This document shows positions 26,784-32,000 of a stretch of 32,000 nt of DNA, one piece after another. The position numbers were made by a program, and so were the translations under genes. Position 1 is the stretch's first letter. The number at the start of each line of letters is the position of its first letter. Origin of the DNA: Micrococcus luteus NCTC 2665 (GTDB lineage Bacteria; Actinomycetota; Actinomycetes; Actinomycetales; Micrococcaceae); NCBI RefSeq assembly GCF_000023205.1, contig NC_012803.1:1380001-1412000 (forward strand), read 5' to 3'. The notes beneath the pieces are model-generated. The model was given only the letters and a program-made list of their open reading frames with translations. It was not told where the DNA came from and ran no database searches.

Positions 26784-26861
26784 TGTCCTCCACGGGCGGG
26801 CGCGCCCGCCAATGCGACGCCGGTCGGGAACACGACGGCGCTCCGGACCGTTGCACCGGGC

Positions 26862-27377
26862 ATGACCGAGACTCCCCCCACCCCCCATGACGGCCCCACC
26901 CCCGACCCCGCGCGGGACGCCCCGGCTCCCGAACAGACCCTGGCCGCCCCGGGCGGCACCCGCCTGACGGACGAGGAGTGGGCCCGACGGCTCACGCCCG
27001 AGGAGTTCCAGGTGCTGCGCCGGGCCGGCACAGAGCGGCCCTTCACCGGTGAGTACTGGGACTCGCACGTGAAGGGCGTGTACGCGTGCCGGGCGTGCGG
27101 GTCCGAGCTGTTCCGCTCGGACGAGAAGTTCGACGCGCACTGCGGCTGGCCCTCGTTCTTCGCGCCGCTCGCGGAGGACCGGGTGGAGTACCTGAAGGAC
27201 ACCACCCTGGGCATGGAGCGGATCGAGGTGCGGTGCGCGGCCTGCGGCTCCCACATGGGTCACGTCTTCGCGGGCGAGGGCTACGACACCCCCACGGACC
27301 TGCGCTACTGCATCAACTCGGTCTCGCTGCGCCTGGCCCCCGCCGACGACGCGGCGGCCCCGGACGGGGCGCGCTGA
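26862..27377 (+). CDS. msrB: Peptide-methionine (R)-S-oxide reductase MsrB
   Basis: LTPEEFQVLRRAGTERPFTGEYW...GVYACRACGSELFRSDEKFDAHCGWPSFF...RIEVRCAACGSHMGHVFAGEG...RYCINS. The CxxC pairs and the catalytic RYCINS motif are diagnostic. Confidence 0.93.
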   Translation: MTETPPTPHDGPTPDPARDAPAPEQTLAAPGGTRLTDEEWARRLTPEEFQVLRRAGTERPFTGEYWDSHVKGVYACRACGSELFRSDEKFDAHCGWPSFFAPLAEDRVEYLKDTTLGMERIEVRCAACGSHMGHVFAGEGYDTPTDLRYCINSVSLRLAPADDAAAPDGAR

Positions 27378-27389
27378 GCCGGTGCGGGA

Positions 27390-27410
27390 GCGCCGTGGCG
27401 TCCACGGCGC
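27390..27410 (+). terminator. Hairpin after the msrB stop
   Basis: gcgccgtgg (27390-27398) pairs with ccacggcgc (27402-27410): 9-bp perfect stem, 3-nt loop, 13 nt after the stop. No U-tract. Confidence 0.35.
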
Positions 27411-27439
27411 GCCCCCGCGGCCCGGTGGGCCCCGCGGCC

Positions 27440-27445
27440 TAGGCT
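27440..27445 (+). promoter_or_regulatory. Candidate -10 hexamer (TAGGCT) for a leaderless DUF3000 gene
   Basis: TAGGCT, then 7 nt (gacgggc), then ATG 27453. No SD. Confidence 0.35.
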
Positions 27446-27452
27446 GACGGGC

Positions 27453-28067
27453 ATGAGCGTGATCGGGCCCCGTCGCCTCGCCGCCTCCCCCGGGGCGGTC
27501 GAGGCGCCCGTGCCGCCGGGGGTGTTCCGGCGTGCCCTGGCGGACCTGCGCGATGCGCGGCCGCGGACCGAGGTGCGGCTGCGGGAGATCCCAGCGCCCG
27601 AGGGGCAGGCGCCCTTCGCCGTCGCCCTCGCCGCCGACGTGTGCGGCGGGCCGGGCGCGACCGGCGGCGTGCTGGCCACGGGGCGGTTCGTCCTCCTGCA
27701 CGACCCGGCCCCGGACACCCGGTGGCCGGGCGGATTCCGGGCGGTGACCTGGATCCGTGCGAGCCTGGAACCGGACGTCGCGCTGGACCAGCTGGCCGGC
27801 GCCGTCGCCTGGACGTGGCTCGTGGAGGCGCTCGGGCGCCGCCACGCCGAACACTCCCATGCCGGCGGCACCGCGACGCGCAGCATCGCGGAGGGCTTCG
27901 GGACGCTCAGTGCGGCCCCGGACACCACCGACATCGAGCTGCGCGCCTCATGGACCCCGGCCCCGCGAGACCTCGGCTCGCATCTCGAGGCATGGTCGGA
28001 CATGATCTGCGCGTTCGCCGGCCTGCCGCCGGAGCACACCGCGGACGTCTCCACGGCCGGCCCCTGA
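27453..28067 (+). CDS. DUF3000 domain-containing protein
   Basis: 204 aa. FRRALADLRDARPRTEVRLREIPAPEGQAPFAVAL...GRFVLLHDP...WPGGFRAV...VAWTWLVEAL...GGTATRSIAEGFG matches my recollection of the actinobacterial DUF3000 family. It sits directly upstream of an RNase D-like gene, as that family typically does. Confidence 0.75.
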   Translation: MSVIGPRRLAASPGAVEAPVPPGVFRRALADLRDARPRTEVRLREIPAPEGQAPFAVALAADVCGGPGATGGVLATGRFVLLHDPAPDTRWPGGFRAVTWIRASLEPDVALDQLAGAVAWTWLVEALGRRHAEHSHAGGTATRSIAEGFGTLSAAPDTTDIELRASWTPAPRDLGSHLEAWSDMICAFAGLPPEHTADVSTAGP

Positions 28068-28138
28068 CCGCGCGCCCGCGCCTGAGACGCACCGGGCCCC
28101 GGCCCGTCCCCGCCCCGACCTCCCCGAACAGGAGCAGC

Positions 28139-29389
28139 ATGACCGACGCCCCCGAGACGGCCGCCCCGGACGCGCCCCCGCGGCTGATCGCCACACCGGC
28201 CGGCGGAGTCCCCCGGCTCACCGACACCCCCGCGGGGCTGGAGGCCTGCGCCGCGGCGCTCGCCGCGGGGACCGGGCCCGTCGCCGTCGACGCGGAGCGC
28301 GCCTCCGGGATCCGGTACGGCCAGCGGGCCATGCTCGTCCAGCTCAAGCGCGAGGGCGCCGGCATCTGGCTCGTCGACCCCGAAGCCCTCGACGGGCTCG
28401 CCCCGCTGCAGGAGGCCCTCACGGGCGTCGAGTGGATCCTGCACGCGGCCAGCCAGGACCTGCCCTGCCTGGCCGAGCAGGGACTGCGCCCCGACCGGCT
28501 GTTCGACACCGAGCTCGCGGCCCGGGTGGCCGGCCTGCCGCGCGTCGGCCTGGTCGCGGTCCTGGAGGAGCTGCTCGGGGTCACCCTCGCCAAGGAGCAC
28601 TCCGCCGCCGACTGGTCGGTGCGTCCGCTGCCCGAGGCGATGCTCACCTACGCCGCGCTCGACGTCGAGCTGCTCGTCCCGCTGCGCGAGGCCCTGATCG
28701 CGCGCCTCGAGGCCGACGGCAAGCTCGCGTGGGCCGAACAGGAGTTCGAGCACGTGCGCACGGCCCCGCCGCCCGCGCCGAAGAAGGACCCCTGGCGCGG
28801 CACCTCGGGCTCCCAGACGCTGCGCCGCCCCGTGCAGCGCGCGGTCCTCAAGCGCCTGTGGGAGGCCCGCGAGGACCTCGCCCGCCACCGCGACGTCGCC
28901 CCCGGCCGGCTCATCCCGGACCGGTCGATCGTCGCCGCCGCGGCCGCCCAGCCGCGCACCGTCCCCGCCCTGCGCCAGACCTCCGGCTTCCACGGCCGCG
29001 CCGCGAGCCGCGAGGCCCCGCGCTGGATCGCCGCGATCCGGGCCGGCGTCGAGGACGCCGAGCGGGGCGACGCCCCCGCGGCGCAGATCCGCACCGGGGA
29101 CGGCCCGCCCCCACCCCGGGCCTGGAAGGACCGGGACCCGGTGGCGGACCGCCGCCTGCGCACGGCCAAGGCCCGCGTCGCCCGACGGGCCGAACAGCTG
29201 GGGATGCCCACCGAGAACCTCCTCACCCCGGACACCCTCCGGCGGATCTGCTGGGCCCCGCCCGCCCCGATCACCCCCGAGACCGTGGACGCGTTCCTGA
29301 CGGAGCGGGGCGCGCGCCCGTGGCAGGTGGAGAACGTCGGCGCGATCGTCACGGTCGCGCTGCTGGACCCCGATCCCGCCGACGCCTGA
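28139..29389 (+). CDS. rnd: RNase D-like 3'-5' exonuclease with HRDC domain
   Basis: DEDDy exonuclease motifs (VAVDAERASGIRY; LHAASQDLPCL; YAALDVELL) followed by an HRDC-like region (LKRLWEAREDLARHRDVAPGRLIPDRSIV). GGAG lies 4 nt upstream of the ATG. Confidence 0.85.
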   Translation: MTDAPETAAPDAPPRLIATPAGGVPRLTDTPAGLEACAAALAAGTGPVAVDAERASGIRYGQRAMLVQLKREGAGIWLVDPEALDGLAPLQEALTGVEWILHAASQDLPCLAEQGLRPDRLFDTELAARVAGLPRVGLVAVLEELLGVTLAKEHSAADWSVRPLPEAMLTYAALDVELLVPLREALIARLEADGKLAWAEQEFEHVRTAPPPAPKKDPWRGTSGSQTLRRPVQRAVLKRLWEAREDLARHRDVAPGRLIPDRSIVAAAAAQPRTVPALRQTSGFHGRAASREAPRWIAAIRAGVEDAERGDAPAAQIRTGDGPPPPRAWKDRDPVADRRLRTAKARVARRAEQLGMPTENLLTPDTLRRICWAPPAPITPETVDAFLTERGARPWQVENVGAIVTVALLDPDPADA

Positions 29390-29452
29390 GCCCCCGTCGC
29401 GGCCCGCCGGATCGGCCCGTCGCGCCGCGTCGACGCGGAGGCTACCCGCCGG

Positions 29453-29458
29453 TAGTGT
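29453..29458 (+). promoter_or_regulatory. Candidate -10 hexamer (TAGTGT) for a leaderless FadB-like gene
   Basis: TAGTGT, then 7 nt (gacccgc), then ATG 29466. A 14-nt perfect palindrome ccgcgtcgacgcgg (29425-29438) lies where a -35 region or operator would be. Confidence 0.35.
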
Positions 29459-29465
29459 GACCCGC

Positions 29466-31637
29466 ATGACACCCGTTTCTCTTGCTTCCTTCGACCACCT
29501 GCCCGCCCTGGCCCCGGACGAGGTCGTCACCGCCGTCACCGTGACCGACCACGCCCTGCCCGAGGGCGCGGGCACGCTCGCGCTGCTCACGCTGGACAAC
29601 GGACAGGGACCCCGCCGGCCCGCGACCCTGGGCCCGGCCACGCTCCTCGGCCTCGGCCGGGTCCTCGACGAGCAGGCCGCCCGTGCCGCGGCGGGCGAGA
29701 TCCAGGCCCTGGCCGTGACCGGCGTGGAGGGGACCTTCGCGGCCGGGGCGGACCTGTCCCTGATCGCGGGCATCACCGGCGACGTCGGCCGCGACCTGGC
29801 CCTGCTCGGCCACGCCGTCTACGACCGGCTCGCGGCCCTCGAGATCCCCACGGTCGCGCTCGTGAACGGCCTCGCCCTCGGCGGCGGCCTCGAGCTGGCC
29901 CTGGCCGCCGGACACCGCGTGGTGGCCGCCGACGCGAAGGGCTTCGGCCTGCCCGAGGTCCGGCTCGGCCTGATCCCCGGCTGGTCCGGCGTGTGGCGCG
30001 TGCCCCACCTGATCGGCCCGGAGGCCGCCGTCGACGTCGTGCTGAAGAACCCCCTCGACGACAACCGCATGCTCGACGCCCGCGCCGCGCACGGACTCGG
30101 GCTCATGGACCGGATCGCCGAGGGGGACCTCCTCGACGCCGGCCTCGAGCTCGCCGGCGCCCTGGTCACGGGGGACGAGTCCGTGGCGGCCGAACTGGCC
30201 GCCCACCGCGACCGCGACGTGTCCGACGCCGCCTGGGACCGTGCCCTGGCGGCGCTGGAGCGGCTGCAGGCCGCTCGCCCCGGACGCCACCTGCCGGCAC
30301 GCCGCCACCTGGAGGACCTGTTCACCGGCGCCCGCACGCGCACCCGCGCCGAGTCCGCCCAGGCCGAGGCGGACGCCCTCGGGACCCTGCTGCACTCCCC
30401 CGAGTTCCGCCGCACCGTGTACGCGTTCCTCGGCCTCGTCCAGGGCCGCGCCAAGCGCCCCGCCGGCGACCCGGGCCGCGAGCTCGCCCGCGAGGTCCGC
30501 AAGGTCGGCATCGTCGGTGCAGGCCTGATGGCCGGCCAGCTCGCCCTCGTCTTCGCCCGGCACCTGCGGGTGCCCGTCGTCATGACGGACGTCGACGCCG
30601 AGCGTGTCGAGCGCGGCCTGGCGGGCGTGCGCGCGCAGGTCGAGAAGATGGTCTCCCGTGGTCGGCTCTCCGCCGAGGACGGAGAGGCCTTGGCCGGGTT
30701 GATCACCGCGGACACGGACAAGGCGGTGTACGCGGACGCCGACGTCGTCATCGAGGCCGTCTTCGAGGAGCTCGAGGTCAAGCGCACCGTCTTCCGCGAG
30801 CTCGAGGGCATCGTGCGTGAGGACGCCATCCTGATGACCAACACCTCGAGCCTGTCCGTGGCCGCCATGGCCGAGGTCCTCGAGCATCCCGAGCGCCTCG
30901 TGGGCTTCCACTTCTTCAACCCGGTGGCGGTCATGCCGCTCGTGGAGATCGTGCGGACCGAGGCGACGACGGACGAGGTCGTGGCCACCGCGTTCGAACT
31001 GACCCGCCGGCTCCGCAAGACCGGCGTGCTCGTCCACGACGCCACCGCGTTCGTGGTCAACCGCGTCCTGCTGCGCATGATGGGCGAGGTGCAGAACTCC
31101 TTCGACGAGGGCACCGACGCGCACGAGGCCGACCACGCGGTGGACCCGCTGGCCCTGCCGATGACGCCGTTCACCCTGCTGGCCATGGTCGGCATCCCCG
31201 TGGCCCAGCACGTGTCCGAGTCCCTCTCCGCGTCCTTCGGCGCGGAGCGCTTCCCGGTCTCGGCGAACCTGCAGCGCCTGATCGACGCCGGCAAGACCGC
31301 GATCTGGGCCAAGGACGTCCGCCCCGACCGGCGCGACGAGGAGGCCGCCGGCGCGACCGGCGAGCAGATCCCGGAGGCGACCGCGGCCCTGCTGGAGCAG
31401 GGCTCGACCCCGCAGACCTCCGAGGAGCTGCTGCGCCGGGTCGAGGACGCGCTGGCCGAGGAGATCGGCCTGCTCCTGGACGAGGGCGTCGTCGCGGCCC
31501 CCGAGGACGTGGACCTGTGCATGATCCTCGGCGCCGGCTGGCCCCTGCACCTGGGCGGCATCACGCCGTACCTGGACGACTGCGGGGCCGCCGAACGGGT
31601 GAACGGGCGGCGCTTCCACCCGGCCGCGCAGGCCTGA
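29466..31637 (+). CDS. Bifunctional enoyl-CoA hydratase / 3-hydroxyacyl-CoA dehydrogenase (FadB/FadJ-like)
   Basis: N-terminal crotonase fold (FAAGADLS...ALVNGLALGGGLELALA...GLPEVRLGLIPGWSG). Rossmann motif VGIVGAGLMAGQLA, then the 3HCDH core (TNTSSLSV...GFHFFNPVAVMPLVEIV). An alternative GTG start lies at 29457. Confidence 0.9.
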   Translation: MTPVSLASFDHLPALAPDEVVTAVTVTDHALPEGAGTLALLTLDNGQGPRRPATLGPATLLGLGRVLDEQAARAAAGEIQALAVTGVEGTFAAGADLSLIAGITGDVGRDLALLGHAVYDRLAALEIPTVALVNGLALGGGLELALAAGHRVVAADAKGFGLPEVRLGLIPGWSGVWRVPHLIGPEAAVDVVLKNPLDDNRMLDARAAHGLGLMDRIAEGDLLDAGLELAGALVTGDESVAAELAAHRDRDVSDAAWDRALAALERLQAARPGRHLPARRHLEDLFTGARTRTRAESAQAEADALGTLLHSPEFRRTVYAFLGLVQGRAKRPAGDPGRELAREVRKVGIVGAGLMAGQLALVFARHLRVPVVMTDVDAERVERGLAGVRAQVEKMVSRGRLSAEDGEALAGLITADTDKAVYADADVVIEAVFEELEVKRTVFRELEGIVREDAILMTNTSSLSVAAMAEVLEHPERLVGFHFFNPVAVMPLVEIVRTEATTDEVVATAFELTRRLRKTGVLVHDATAFVVNRVLLRMMGEVQNSFDEGTDAHEADHAVDPLALPMTPFTLLAMVGIPVAQHVSESLSASFGAERFPVSANLQRLIDAGKTAIWAKDVRPDRRDEEAAGATGEQIPEATAALLEQGSTPQTSEELLRRVEDALAEEIGLLLDEGVVAAPEDVDLCMILGAGWPLHLGGITPYLDDCGAAERVNGRRFHPAAQA

Positions 31638-31643
31638 CCGGCC

Positions 31644-31674
31644 CCGGCCGGGCCGGCCGCGACGGCCCGGCCGG
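31644..31674. terminator. Bidirectional-terminator-like hairpin between convergent genes
   Basis: Perfect 12-bp stem, ccggccgggccg (31644-31655) with cggcccggccgg (31663-31674), and a 7-nt loop. It fills the 41-bp convergent spacer. Confidence 0.45.
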
Positions 31675-31678
31675 CGAC

Positions 31679-32000
31679 TCAGGCGATCGGCAGCCCGGCG
31701 AACGTCACCACGTGCGCGTCGAGCCCGGCGGTCGCCGCGGCCCGGTCGGCCACGGGGGTCGAGGCGGTGCCCCCGCCCCAGTCGGAGGCGACCACGGCGC
31801 CCTCGCGCACGAGGTGCGCCCCCAGCTCCACGCCGTCCGCGACGACGGCCACCCGCACGTCCGACCCGCCCGCGTCCGCCGGGCGCAGCTCGACGCGGGG
31901 CACGCGCAGCCCGCCCTGCAGGGGCGAGGCCTCCTCGAGCCGGTCCACGGCGAGCGGGCCCGCGGCGGCGACCCGCGCGAGGATGAGGTACTCCGCGTAC
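31679..32000 (-). CDS. Hypothetical protein, C-terminal part (5' end beyond the window)
   Basis: The minus-strand frame is open from the window edge (…YAEYLILARVAAAGPLAVDRLEEASPLQGG…) to the TGA at 31679, with high GC3. I recognise no family. Confidence 0.35.
   Translation of the reverse strand, partial: YAEYLILARVAAAGPLAVDRLEEASPLQGGLRVPRVELRPADAGGSDVRVAVVADGVELGAHLVREGAVVASDWGGGTASTPVADRAAATAGLDAHVVTFAGLPIA

Noticed and set aside
29442-31619. 725-aa minus-strand ORF (and 29819-31564, 581 aa)
   Set aside because: Antisense to the FadB-like gene, whose crotonase and 3HCDH motifs identify the true frame.

Overview
High-GC (about 70-75% by hand counts) actinobacterial chromosome. It carries the conserved housekeeping block yebC-ruvC-ruvA-ruvB-yajC-secD-secF-relA ... 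hisS ... aspS ... rarA-rpsD on the minus strand. Interleaved plus-strand genes are DUF1697, dtd, an APC permease, DUF349, an AbiEi-like hypothetical, a Dcp-like M3 peptidase, msrB, DUF3000, an RNase D-like gene and a FadB-like gene. I found no rRNA, canonical tRNA, CRISPR array, integrase or transposase. The clear anomaly is the left ~3.1 kb, a much lower-GC segment with foreign codon usage that abuts the 3' side of rpsD and is cut by the window edge. It encodes one 938-aa protein (197..3013, minus) that fuses an N-terminal PHP phosphoesterase domain to a split Rad50/SbcC/SMC-style ABC ATPase with a ~300-residue coiled-coil insert. In effect this is an SbcCD-like machine in one polypeptide with PHP in place of the Mre11-type nuclease. 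It is the best candidate for an accessory, possibly anti-phage, system. As I recall it resembles the single-gene Ppl (PHP-like + ATPase) candidate, whose mechanism is uncharacterised as far as I know. Any partner genes would lie beyond position 1. Secondary observations: several apparently leaderless genes (TANNNT-N7-ATG), a partial LexA-type box upstream of ruvA, a ruvC with no canonical start codon in the expected place, a long structured rpsD upstream region with a tRNA T-loop-like motif, and an in-frame 18-bp tandem repeat in secD. All homology calls come from reading motifs by eye; no database search was run.
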